From positions 1 through 64,000 of IMG/VR virus record IMGVR_UViG_3300028844_005216: 64,000 nt of DNA; one strand, written 5' to 3'. The position numbers and the translations under genes are program-made. Positions within the stretch are counted from its first letter, which is position 1; the number at the start of each line of letters is the position of its first letter. The notes beneath the pieces are model-generated. The model saw nothing but the letters and a program-made list of their open reading frames with translations. It had not been told where the DNA came from and searched no databases. This document shows positions 39,004 through 47,984 of the stretch, one piece after another. This DNA comes from a virus.

Positions 39004-39920
39004 ATCATATTCTCCAAAACATATTCACCCTTTTTCTGACCATCCCAAATCTGTGGAAGTGAAACAAAAGGCAAATCAGAAATTTTCACACCAGACAAAA
39101 TCTGATAGATTTCTTTTTGTATTTCCTTCTCCAAAAACCCGTCAACGTCAAAGGGCCACCCTTTGTTCGGGTCCAGAGAATGTTCTTGTCGCGACGACGA
39201 CTGATCATCTAAACAATCATACACATATATATCATTACAATCTGTGCCCACAAATTTCATCTCATCTCTAAGATGAGCAGCAACACCCTGACATAAAAAT
39301 GGATAGTCATCAGCCAATCCAATATCATCCAAATAACGCAGTTCACATTCTACTGCTTTATTAGACAGACAAAGAGGAGGCTCTCCACCGGGGCATGTTT
39401 GCCCGTCCCAAAGAATTTTTGAGGGTAATCCGAATCGCTGATCAAAAAAAGAATGAATGTATATTCCATCAGCTATTTGAAAATTAATTCTTGGGTCCAG
39501 ATCGGCTGGAGGATTTCGGCGTACAGTATCAACGAATGGACAGGTGCCACTGAGATAATCGAAATTGGATTCATCATGTATTTTCTTGACACAATCCAAT
39601 GCCATCGGATAATAATAATCGTCTCCGTCGATACCCATCACATGAGTATAATCACGGTCTTTGTAAATATCTCGATATACATCATAACGAGCATTATGAC
39701 CCTTACCACTCTTCCCATTAGATGCTGTATCAAATACATCATACTCACTGAAAGTAGCTTTGACTTGGGAAGTGTATTCATCATCAAGAGAGTTCACGAC
39801 GACCACAATATCATGATCAAACTCAACTGAATCTTGAGCCTCAATAGACCAGACACACCTTTCCAAATGAGAAATGGAAACAGAAGGAGAAGCCAACGGC
39901 ATAACACAAACATTTTTCAT
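39000..39920 (-). CDS. Glycosyltransferase, GT-A-like
   Basis: LERCVWSI, VVVNS, SNGKSGKGHN, IDGDD (DxD). Confidence 0.7.
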   Translation of the reverse strand: MKNVCVMPLASPSVSISHLERCVWSIEAQDSVEFDHDIVVVVNSLDDEYTSQVKATFSEYDVFDTASNGKSGKGHNARYDVYRDIYKDRDYTHVMGIDGDDYYYPMALDCVKKIHDESNFDYLSGTCPFVDTVRRNPPADLDPRINFQIADGIYIHSFFDQRFGLPSKILWDGQTCPGGEPPLCLSNKAVECELRYLDDIGLADDYPFLCQGVAAHLRDEMKFVGTDCNDIYVYDCLDDQSSSRQEHSLDPNKGWPFDVDGFLEKEIQKEIYQILSGVKISDLPFVSLPQIWDGQKKGEYVLENMI

Positions 39921-40837
39921 GGAAGTTCATTCCTCGCAGCAAACTCACACTTTTCCCTATGCGACCAAACTTGCGGCATTGTCACATATGGAAAAAATTG
40001 ACGAGTAATTCCAGCGAGCTTTTGATACTCTTCGGCGTTCATTTCCGAGTAAACTAAACCGTTAACATCAAAAGGATAACCTTTCTCTTCATCATATTTT
40101 TCAGAATCAAACTTAGTCTCTTCGGTATAATCCTGAACATATATTTCATTACAGTCTGTACTGACAAATGTAAGCTCTTTGTTCAAGTGATGAGTAATTG
40201 CATCAAGAGTAAGGAAGTATCCCGCAATATCGTGATTTCCCTCCAATGTTTTCAATCCAACTTCAACTGCCTTCGACGAAGCACATAGAGGAAAATCTTC
40301 TCCATTCATATTCTCACCATCCCAAAATAGAAACGGAAAAACGGGAAGACGATTATCAATGAAAGACCACAACCAACGCTTTGGTTGATATGGATAAACT
40401 TTTCTTGGATCTTCTCGATGTGGGGGAATTGGTCGAATGGAGTCTACATGATGAGCCATACCACTCAAATAATCAAAACCAGACTTCTCATGAATCTCAT
40501 TCAACAGATCAAATGACATTGGATAAAAGTAATCGGAGGTTTTGATGATCGAAATATGGGACCACTCACAATCACCACGATGATCCGCATAATGTTTCAA
40601 ACAAGAATTGATTCCATTACCAAAGAAACCATCACCCTTCGTATTGAATACAACATACTCTTCGGGAACTGCATTCTTTACTAATTCATAAAAATCAGAA
40701 TCTTCGGTTTGGCAATTTACAACGACATCAAATTCAACACTTGTAGGCTGATTATCAATAGACCAGAGACACCGCTCAATTTTATTTTTATTGTCATTAT
40801 CTGTTACAAGAATGTATACTGCCAACTTCTCAATCAT
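39917..40837 (-). CDS. Glycosyltransferase-like paralog of 39000-39920 (DxD degenerate)
   Basis: IERCLWSI, FDYLSG, WDG, TDCNEIYV.D and KG.PFDV are shared with the neighbour; IKTSD replaces IDGDD. Confidence 0.65.
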   Translation of the reverse strand: MIEKLAVYILVTDNDNKNKIERCLWSIDNQPTSVEFDVVVNCQTEDSDFYELVKNAVPEEYVVFNTKGDGFFGNGINSCLKHYADHRGDCEWSHISIIKTSDYFYPMSFDLLNEIHEKSGFDYLSGMAHHVDSIRPIPPHREDPRKVYPYQPKRWLWSFIDNRLPVFPFLFWDGENMNGEDFPLCASSKAVEVGLKTLEGNHDIAGYFLTLDAITHHLNKELTFVSTDCNEIYVQDYTEETKFDSEKYDEEKGYPFDVNGLVYSEMNAEEYQKLAGITRQFFPYVTMPQVWSHREKCEFAARNELP

Positions 40838-41793
40838 TATAATAATCCCCTCAAAAGACCATTCCATTTACCAACACACATATCCATACTATAGAAATAA
40901 TTATAGTATGTAGCCTGCATGGTCAACGATGCCTGAACACGATCTGTCCAGAAGGTGTTAAGCGCGTTGGTCAGATAGTGGTAGTGAGTGGCAGCGTGTT
41001 GCTGAATGTCAGGACTCCACGGATACATGTGAGCAAAGTCCTTACACGTTTCCGGCAACGCACCATAGTTTGGAACCACTGCCATACATCCTGCTGCCAT
41101 TGATTCAATTGCAACAAGACACGAAGTTTCAAGGTATGTGGAGGGGTATGCGAGGATGTGTGTCTTCAACAATGCCTTACGAATCTCATCGTTTGAAACT
41201 GTCCCGTGATAATTAACACACTTCAGCTCTTCAAGACGTTCATAGAGTTCCTTAAATTCGGGATGCTCATCTTGCTCATCTCTACCGTATAACTTGAAGC
41301 TGGAATATACATCAATTTCAAAATCATTTCTAGCATCCTGCATCACGCGAGCAACAGACTCTAGGATATTAAGACCGCGATGGGGGGTGGAGAAATAGAC
41401 AATTCGTGCCTTTCCGTCCTTGGGCTTCTCGTGTTCCTCAATGGGATTAATGCAATTCGGAATGACAACAGACTTTTCGTAAGGGACGCCGAGCTTCTGA
41501 TGAAACTCCCACAATGCCCAATTACTAGGAAAAACGAATCGTTCAAACATATCACGATTCTCTTCGTATTTGAGATGTTCAGATTCAGGGTCTTCCGCAA
41601 GATCATGAAGCCAAAGAATCTTTTTGCGAGAATCCCCAACATGTTCTTCGCGAACTCGTTGCGGTACTATAAGAAATTCATCCTTTAGATCATCATCAAT
41701 ACGGTCTAAAACTCGATTATAAATCAGCTCCGTACCACCCATAGGTGTAGATGATTCCTGATTAATCTGAAACTCGAAACTATCTGTTGGCAT
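40837..41793 (-). CDS. Glycosyltransferase GT4 (GT-B)
   Basis: MGGTEL, ILWLHDL, VIPN.I, Y.STP.RGL, YPS.Y.ETSC..AIE.MAAG, GALPET. Confidence 0.88.
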   Translation of the reverse strand: MPTDSFEFQINQESSTPMGGTELIYNRVLDRIDDDLKDEFLIVPQRVREEHVGDSRKKILWLHDLAEDPESEHLKYEENRDMFERFVFPSNWALWEFHQKLGVPYEKSVVIPNCINPIEEHEKPKDGKARIVYFSTPHRGLNILESVARVMQDARNDFEIDVYSSFKLYGRDEQDEHPEFKELYERLEELKCVNYHGTVSNDEIRKALLKTHILAYPSTYLETSCLVAIESMAAGCMAVVPNYGALPETCKDFAHMYPWSPDIQQHAATHYHYLTNALNTFWTDRVQASLTMQATYYNYFYSMDMCVGKWNGLLRGLL

Positions 41794-41841
41794 GATATTA
41801 TATGCTCCTCATCAATTCATCATGTATGGTAGTATATAGGC

Positions 41842-41901
41842 AAAAAAAGAGGGGGCAGAACGATGAGTCTCTCTGGACTTACTTAATCGTTCTACCCCCT
41901 C
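41842..41901 (-). terminator. Long-stem intrinsic terminator
   Basis: 16-bp stem 41849-41864/41886-41901 (one G-U on the minus strand), an inner hairpin, then a U7 tract. Confidence 0.7.
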
Positions 41902-41945
41902 GATTTAATTCAATCTAGACTAGAGAAGACTGAATTTATATAAGA

Positions 41946-42167
41946 CTACGATAGTCGGTGAATACCATACTTCGTAGATCCGTTAGCGGCAACATCCTTG
42001 GTAACTTCCCAATTACCATAAGCCTCAACAGTCTTACGGATAGTTGACATCGTAGCACTAAAGTTCTGCACGCCAAAGCGTGCGCGAGCCTGTGCCGCAG
42101 TAAGGGTACGACCCTCGCTGAGATAGTCAACAATCTTTCGTGTCTTAGAATTAGCTGCAAATGCCAT
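41946..42167 (-). CDS. Small helix-turn-helix DNA-binding protein
   Basis: KIVDYL..G.TLTAAQARARFGV.N.SA.MS.IR; SD AGAGG before ATG 42167. Confidence 0.75.
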   Translation of the reverse strand: MAFAANSKTRKIVDYLSEGRTLTAAQARARFGVQNFSATMSTIRKTVEAYGNWEVTKDVAANGSTKYGIHRLS

Positions 42168-42247
42168 ATTTTTATTTCCTCTTATTGTCGGCTTCAAAAA
42201 AGTTTTGTAGAAACGCCGACCCAATCTACAAAACGGTTTAAAAATCT

Positions 42248-42430
42248 TTATCGAAGAATCGTCTTGTCCTTCGGAATCTCACGGTATGAATCACCTTCTC
42301 TGAAGCCCCAAAACCAAGATCGCTTACCATTATCTACGCGAAGGATTCGAGTCAACTTATTATCAGTTCCCGCTTCATACCAAAAGCGATGATCATTTTC
42401 ACCGCTTCGTCTCGTCTTAACCCCGCTCAT
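42248..42430 (-). CDS. Hypothetical early protein
   Basis: SD GAGGAG; first gene after the promoter at 42460-42487. Confidence 0.65.
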   Translation of the reverse strand: MSGVKTRRSGENDHRFWYEAGTDNKLTRILRVDNGKRSWFWGFREGDSYREIPKDKTILR

Positions 42431-42459
42431 ATATGTAGCTCCTCTTAAAGTAGACCCAT

Positions 42460-42487
42460 ATTATACACCACTGAGATTCAAAGTCAA
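42460..42487 (-). promoter_or_regulatory. Sigma70-type early promoter
   Basis: TTGACT-16 nt-TATAAT with A-tract UP element. Confidence 0.75.
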
Positions 42488-42518
42488 TAGAAAAATGCAT
42501 TTTTTTGCATTTTTTTTA

Positions 42519-43076
42519 TTAGTTGAATATACCACACTTTAAAATATAATAGGCATCCACAACATCATTTAATGGACTAATTATATTGTCCGAGCGAGGC
42601 GTCAAAGAATCTTTCAAATTAGATTCACCGTTCTCCTCAACAAATTGATTATACATATCAACCTTTGATGCTCTTCCCGAACCTGTTGCAAATTTCTTGA
42701 CTGTGGTAGGAGCAAGAATATCACAATGAATTAAAGCATCCCATAATTTATATTTCAATATACCAGTATTTTCCGCTATATTGAAAACACGACCTGTCGA
42801 ACCAAACGAGTATCCCTCCAAATAAACCTGAGTCACTTGATGTTTAGTCAAGACCTTCACAGCCCATGATGAAATGTCGTTATATCTATCTATTTCAGAA
42901 TCCCAAGGTCCATGATTACTTCCGTGAAGATTCCCTTCACTAAATGTATCGAATCTAGCCAAATTTGAACGAAAATACATTTCTGTGCGTTGGTAAGAAA
43001 AGTCACCCTTTTCTGTATCGTAAACACAAATAGCTGGGGAAGTTAAAGAATAGTCAATACCCGCCAAAACAGGCAT
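42519..43076 (-). CDS. RuvC-like Holliday junction resolvase
   Basis: GIDYSLTSP, LEGYSFGS, IAEN.GILK, PT.VKKFATG.G.A.K..M, DVVDAY. Confidence 0.85.
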   Translation of the reverse strand: MPVLAGIDYSLTSPAICVYDTEKGDFSYQRTEMYFRSNLARFDTFSEGNLHGSNHGPWDSEIDRYNDISSWAVKVLTKHQVTQVYLEGYSFGSTGRVFNIAENTGILKYKLWDALIHCDILAPTTVKKFATGSGRASKVDMYNQFVEENGESNLKDSLTPRSDNIISPLNDVVDAYYILKCGIFN

Positions 43077-43261
43077 TATTCTAGTTCCTCTTCTACCCTA
43101 TCATAATCAACGTTGTAGACGCCGCAGAACGGGCAATATCGAGCCTGTTCCAAAAAACCGTGCGTATTTGTAAAAACGCTATATTCGGTACGACACTCTG
43201 CACACTCTAAGTTGATTTCGACAACCTCTTTTTCGTATTCTTCGTCAAATGGAATAGACAT
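43076..43261 (-). CDS. Small zinc ribbon protein
   Basis: CAEC...YCPFCG. Confidence 0.7.
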   Translation of the reverse strand: MSIPFDEEYEKEVVEINLECAECRTEYSVFTNTHGFLEQARYCPFCGVYNVDYDRVEEELE

Positions 43262-45171
43262 TAAATGATCTCACATTCTCCGCTTGTACATGCCATCGTC
43301 TGCGAACCAATTGTTTGGTCTGATTCCTCATACTTTCCAAGCTCGGTCCAATCCAAACTCTGTGGCATGTTTTTGTTTAATTCAACATATTTCCCCTTGT
43401 CAATCTCCATGAAAGGAGCTTGTTTATATATATGATCTGTATGGGGCAGAAACGAAACACCAGTTAATTCATCGAAGTGTTCATATACCCATGCACCAAC
43501 CTCAACCCATTCATGTTCTTTTACGGTTACTGTACATGATGGATTGTGTTCACACCAATGTTGCTTATAAGCCAACCATCTCTCCAACTGTTCAATGGCA
43601 GAAAGATCAGTAGTGACAACAGAGTCCTTTGGAGCAGAAACCGGAAAAGAAAATACATGATTGTGGTCTGGAGCAATAATATCATCCTCAACAGGAACTC
43701 CCCGATCAATCATGAATTGACTTGCCGGATCTTTTTTGTCGGCACGAACCGTCCGAATATAGTATGGCGAAAACCTTGAATGAATACCACTCGCAGAATC
43801 AACTAGGACGGAAACCGTTCCAGAAGGTTTGACTGTCGTAATCGCAGTTGATTGCGGAATACCAAAAACCTTTGACCATACCAAATTAGTTTCAATCGCA
43901 ACTCCCTTGAGAATGGTAAGGATCTCGGCGAGATTATTTCTCTTGCCATTAGTCAACTTGTTATCCATGATACCAGTTAGGCTGACACCCAACAGTCGCT
44001 CCTCTTCAGCATTCTTTTTCCAGTCTGCACGAAGATACTTAAACTTGGTCAGAGTAGACTGCATAGTTCCAATAATCGTTGCAATCTCAACCTTTCGTTC
44101 AAGATCTGCAAGAGTATCTGATTCGCGGACAACTACCTCAGAAAGATTACAGAATCCATTTGGACGAAGAATAATTTCAGAACATGGATTTACGCCAAAC
44201 TCATAATCAATATCTCGTCTTCCGTTTTCTGCTGCTTTTTCTTTAAGAGCTTGACGATTGACAATACCACGTTCACCACTCTTGGAGTTATAAAGTGAAA
44301 GCCACTCTGCCATAAACACACCAATGTCAGGCTTTTCTTTATATACCGCAGAGTTATTTGAAAACGAACGATGTTGTTCTGTCGTATACCACTGACCCGT
44401 CTTGGCATGTCGCATTCGCTCATCAGTCAAATCGGAAAGAGAAATCAAAGCCGCGCGACGAACACCACCAACCACAACACAAGATGCCACATGGCACATA
44501 AGATCATGACACTCAAGAGAAGTCAGCTTTCTACCAGAAGCCTGTCGGAATGTATTGATGAAGGATATAAATGTTTTGACCAACGGTTCTGGTCCAGATG
44601 CTCGACCACCAAAAACTTTTAAAGGTGCGCCAGAGGGACGAACATTTGAGGTGTCAATGTTTGGAATTTGTCCTGTGTAAAGCATTGCAACAAGTTCTTT
44701 TAGAGCCTTTGCCCAACCCAACTTGCTATCGGCAACAACAATCGTACTGTCTGTTTCGTGAAATTCTTCGGCAACGTTAGGAAGTTTTTCGATATGCTGG
44801 GTTTCCACAGAAAATCCAACACCCGTACCATTCATAAGAATATAAAGAGATTCATCAAATGCGCGCGGAGAGTCAACAGCAACAAAGGAACAATTATATC
44901 CTGCAATATTTTCACGTTCCAATGCAGTACCCGCTGTCATCATAGATCGCATAGAAGGCATAACTTCCATGTTGAAAATCGCTTGACGGATATCATCTTT
45001 CACATCTTCAATCGAACCCTTCGTGGTATTTTTGAGATGTTCATCAAAGAAGTTCACAAATCGGTCAACAGTTTCATCCCATGTTTCTCGACGACTCTTC
45101 TCAGGAAGCCATCGAGCATATCGAGAAGAGTGAATGTATTGTTGTAGAACGGTCATCTTAGGGGTTGTCAT
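43261..45171 (-). CDS. nrdJ: Class II (adenosylcobalamin-dependent) ribonucleotide reductase
   Basis: SRYARW..RRETW.ETV.R, PSMR, YNC, G.GVGFS, GG.ASGP.PL, VVVGGVRRAA, NPCSEI.L, FCNL, TVKPSGT, C-terminal C.SG.CE. No NrdB partner in the window. Confidence 0.92.
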   Translation of the reverse strand: MTTPKMTVLQQYIHSSRYARWLPEKSRRETWDETVDRFVNFFDEHLKNTTKGSIEDVKDDIRQAIFNMEVMPSMRSMMTAGTALERENIAGYNCSFVAVDSPRAFDESLYILMNGTGVGFSVETQHIEKLPNVAEEFHETDSTIVVADSKLGWAKALKELVAMLYTGQIPNIDTSNVRPSGAPLKVFGGRASGPEPLVKTFISFINTFRQASGRKLTSLECHDLMCHVASCVVVGGVRRAALISLSDLTDERMRHAKTGQWYTTEQHRSFSNNSAVYKEKPDIGVFMAEWLSLYNSKSGERGIVNRQALKEKAAENGRRDIDYEFGVNPCSEIILRPNGFCNLSEVVVRESDTLADLERKVEIATIIGTMQSTLTKFKYLRADWKKNAEEERLLGVSLTGIMDNKLTNGKRNNLAEILTILKGVAIETNLVWSKVFGIPQSTAITTVKPSGTVSVLVDSASGIHSRFSPYYIRTVRADKKDPASQFMIDRGVPVEDDIIAPDHNHVFSFPVSAPKDSVVTTDLSAIEQLERWLAYKQHWCEHNPSCTVTVKEHEWVEVGAWVYEHFDELTGVSFLPHTDHIYKQAPFMEIDKGKYVELNKNMPQSLDWTELGKYEESDQTIGSQTMACTSGECEII

Positions 45172-45173
45172 TT

Positions 45174-45842
45174 TTAATTTTCTCCTACCAGATATTTCCA
45201 AGATACCGGGAATCTTTCTTTCATACTGAAACTAATTAAGTCAGCGATTTCTCTCGTCTCTCTTTGAGTGTCTTTTGCACATCGTAAATTACAAACTCTT
45301 GCAAATGCATATAGAGAGCCTGTCCAATACCACTCTGTCATAAGACTTTGAGGAAGAACCATACGAGCCTGTTCCGCACAGACACCCGCGTCAATCAGTT
45401 GATTATATAGGTTCACACATTTCTTACCCATTTTCTCAACTGCATCATCAACCGAAAGTTCATTAATCAAAAGCCACAAAACTTCTTCAGTTTCAGAAGA
45501 ACCTTGCTTTTTATTCTCAGGATTGGCTCGCCAACTCTCTGGTCTAAAAAGTTCTGGTTCTGTTTGAATATATCTCCGCGATACTTCGTTCCAAGTTAAA
45601 CCCACTTGATGCTTAACCAATTGTCTCGCAACGAAAATGGGAGCCTTTATCCTAAACTGCAAAGAGCAATGTCCAAACGGAGTCCAGTGATTATTTTCCG
45701 CAAGAAACTTAATCAGCTTTTCATCTCCACTCGAAAAATGCTCTACATTTTTATTAAAACTCACTCTGGCTGCATTAACGACTGTCAAGTCGCTTCCCAT
45801 GCAATCAACCAACCTTACTTCACTCGGGGTCAACCGTTCCAT
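45174..45842 (-). CDS. thyX: Flavin-dependent thymidylate synthase
   Basis: DLTVVNAARVSF, HWTPF, PIFVARQLVKH, NEVSRRY, EQARMVLP, LR....Q.E. Confidence 0.95.
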   Translation of the reverse strand: MERLTPSEVRLVDCMGSDLTVVNAARVSFNKNVEHFSSGDEKLIKFLAENNHWTPFGHCSLQFRIKAPIFVARQLVKHQVGLTWNEVSRRYIQTEPELFRPESWRANPENKKQGSSETEEVLWLLINELSVDDAVEKMGKKCVNLYNQLIDAGVCAEQARMVLPQSLMTEWYWTGSLYAFARVCNLRCAKDTQRETREIADLISFSMKERFPVSWKYLVGEN

Positions 45843-46870
45843 TATATAAGTACCTTCTTCCATGCGTTAAATGCCACCAATGCCTGCAAACCAGAATAGG
45901 TGTTTTTATTTATCATTTCTTCGATTTTGCTCGCGGGGGTTCCTGCAAGAATCATATCATTAATGTCTTTTTCCTTAATGTTTTCAGGCCAGATGCAAAC
46001 ACGATAATCATCGTCAATAATTTTTTTAATTTTTTTAACAATTTCTTTATTTCTGGGCTCATTATCAAATACGATAACACACTTATCTTTCCTAACTTCC
46101 GATTCTAGTTTGGAAAAATCAGCACCACCCACTGCAATTGCGTTGTCTAGAAATAAAGAATCAATCGGACCCTCAACAACATAAATAGAATCTCTAGAAT
46201 TTCTTTTGGTTTGATCAAGACCAAATATCATCGGCGCATTATTATTAAGACGGAATGCAAGATAACGCATTTTCGTAGAGCTGTGAATTGCTCTCGCAGC
46301 AATTCCAACAAGCTCCCCATCCCTATTAATAAATGGAAGAATAACTCTAGGCTGATTTCCCCGAATTCGATTTTTGTAGATAGGATCTACCTTCTCCAAA
46401 GCATTATCATCGTGGATGTAATACAATCGGTTTAAAGATGAATCGGGAATTCTTCGATCATTGATAAAGCGATGGACCACATGATTCCTTGGAATACGAT
46501 CAACTCTTTCTGCCCCCAAATCTTCAAGGAAACGTACATCACGCACCCTCCTCTTTCGCTTAGGCGTTTCTCGTTTTTCCTCACGTTGCGTATTCTTACC
46601 AAAACCCTCAAGCATATAATTCTTATACATCATATTATCGACATGCTTAATTAGATTGCCGAAGGATCTAGTATCACCACAATTGTGACACTTAAACACA
46701 AAACTGTCTCGATCCTTGCTTGGATATAGGTATCCACGAGCTTTATAACGATTCTTTTCAGAATCTCCACAAAGCGGACAACGGAAATTATAGAGATTAT
46801 TGGTTTTTTTCTTGAACTGTTGTAATCTGGACGACAATAGCCCAACGTACTTCACGTCTACATGCTTCAT
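45842..46870 (-). CDS. gp61: DNA primase gp61
   Basis: NFRCPLCGDS...KARG, FKCHNCG, VVEGPIDSLF, DNEPRN.EI, KDINDM. Confidence 0.95.
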   Translation of the reverse strand: MKHVDVKYVGLLSSRLQQFKKKTNNLYNFRCPLCGDSEKNRYKARGYLYPSKDRDSFVFKCHNCGDTRSFGNLIKHVDNMMYKNYMLEGFGKNTQREEKRETPKRKRRVRDVRFLEDLGAERVDRIPRNHVVHRFINDRRIPDSSLNRLYYIHDDNALEKVDPIYKNRIRGNQPRVILPFINRDGELVGIAARAIHSSTKMRYLAFRLNNNAPMIFGLDQTKRNSRDSIYVVEGPIDSLFLDNAIAVGGADFSKLESEVRKDKCVIVFDNEPRNKEIVKKIKKIIDDDYRVCIWPENIKEKDINDMILAGTPASKIEEMINKNTYSGLQALVAFNAWKKVLI

Positions 46871-46894
46871 AATATATTCTCACGGGTAAATGAT

Positions 46895-47164
46895 TTAGTT
46901 ATTTTTTGATATTTCTAGCTTCTCTCGGACCTGAGCGCGAAACTCAGTCTGCTCAATCATCGCACGATGAAAGGTGTCTTTAATTTCATCCGTGTTGGAT
47001 CTAATCCGATCAATATCTTCATCAAATTTATTTTCGAGATGTTTAACTTCTTCTCTTACGTCGTTTACCGATTCAGAAGAAGCCCGAGTAGCAGCAAATA
47101 CCCATAAACCACACATCGCTGAAATTAATACACCAACTGATACCTGCCGAAAAACATCTTCCAT
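46895..47164 (-). CDS. Membrane-anchored coiled-coil protein, putative holin/lysis protein
   Basis: N-terminal TM plus coiled coil; directly downstream of the spanin pair. Confidence 0.5.
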   Translation of the reverse strand: MEDVFRQVSVGVLISAMCGLWVFAATRASSESVNDVREEVKHLENKFDEDIDRIRSNTDEIKDTFHRAMIEQTEFRAQVREKLEISKNN

Positions 47165-47179
47165 TACATTACACCTTCT

Positions 47180-47455
47180 TTATGTACCTTCTAAATAAAC
47201 ATCCAGAGCCTCGCAATGCCTCTGATTCTCTCCCAACTGATAATACAAAGATTCCATGTCTATCTCACCAAGCTCCTGTAATACATAAAGAAATTCTAAT
47301 TCAGAAATAGCCTCTTCGGACCAAACAGGACACGCAGGAGGCGTGACCACTGGAATCGTTTTACAACTACTTCCCAGAAGACTTAGACTTAGAACGCTTA
47401 CGAATATTATCGGTAAGACTCTTGCCAGTCTTGATAGGTTTCTGTAAAATATCAT
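47180..47455 (-). CDS. Putative o-spanin lipoprotein
   Basis: Signal IIFVSVLSLSLLGSS-C, Pro-rich KTIPVVTPPACP; overlaps the i-spanin in another frame; start uncertain. Confidence 0.7.
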   Translation of the reverse strand: MIFYRNLSRLARVLPIIFVSVLSLSLLGSSCKTIPVVTPPACPVWSEEAISELEFLYVLQELGEIDMESLYYQLGENQRHCEALDVYLEGT

Positions 47456-47627
47456 CTGCTTTTTTTCTCCTCTTTGCATTCTCTTCATGTGCCTCATTTT
47501 GTGCCTCGGCTTTTCCGCGTTTTCGAGAACTCTGAATCCTCATCCACTCACCAACAATTCCACTAAAAAAAGTAACAATCGCATTCAGGGCAATTTTTAT
47601 TGCAGAAATAAGAAAACCAACCATCAC
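47367..47627 (-). CDS. Putative i-spanin
   Basis: N-terminal TM then a charged helical region; 3' end overlaps the lipoprotein gene. Confidence 0.65.
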   Translation of the reverse strand: MMVGFLISAIKIALNAIVTFFSGIVGEWMRIQSSRKRGKAEAQNEAHEENAKRRKKADDILQKPIKTGKSLTDNIRKRSKSKSSGK

Positions 47628-47983
47628 CGCTTACCCCTTCTAAGATACATCATCATGCCATAGGTAGAATCCTTAATGATAATACCTTTTTTTGGATTCT
47701 TCAAACCATATTCGCGAATATTTTGACCACATTCATCACCACCAACATGTTTTACATAACGATCATATCTTGATTTCTCACCCTTACACTTAGCAAAAAC
47801 CTCGGAAGAAACTTCATACACATTTGTCCCAGCAAAGATCTCTTGCTTTTTTTTCTTCTTCTTTTTTGGACCCGGAGGTTCGCCGACCATTCCACCACCA
47901 ACTGAACCAACAGTTGTAGCAGGAGCTTCAGATTCTTCAAAATCACGAAGAGATTCAATAAGATCTGTATATGTTTTTAGCAT
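47624..47983 (-). CDS. Conserved T4-like hypothetical, putative head internal protein
   Basis: N-terminus MLKTYTDLIE; EAPATTVG; FAG..VYEVS.EVF; K..Y.RY; I.EY...NP...III.D...G.M.YLR. Confidence 0.7.
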   Translation of the reverse strand: MLKTYTDLIESLRDFEESEAPATTVGSVGGGMVGEPPGPKKKKKKKQEIFAGTNVYEVSSEVFAKCKGEKSRYDRYVKHVGGDECGQNIREYGLKNPKKGIIIKDSTYGMMMYLRRGKR

Positions 47984-47984
47984 T

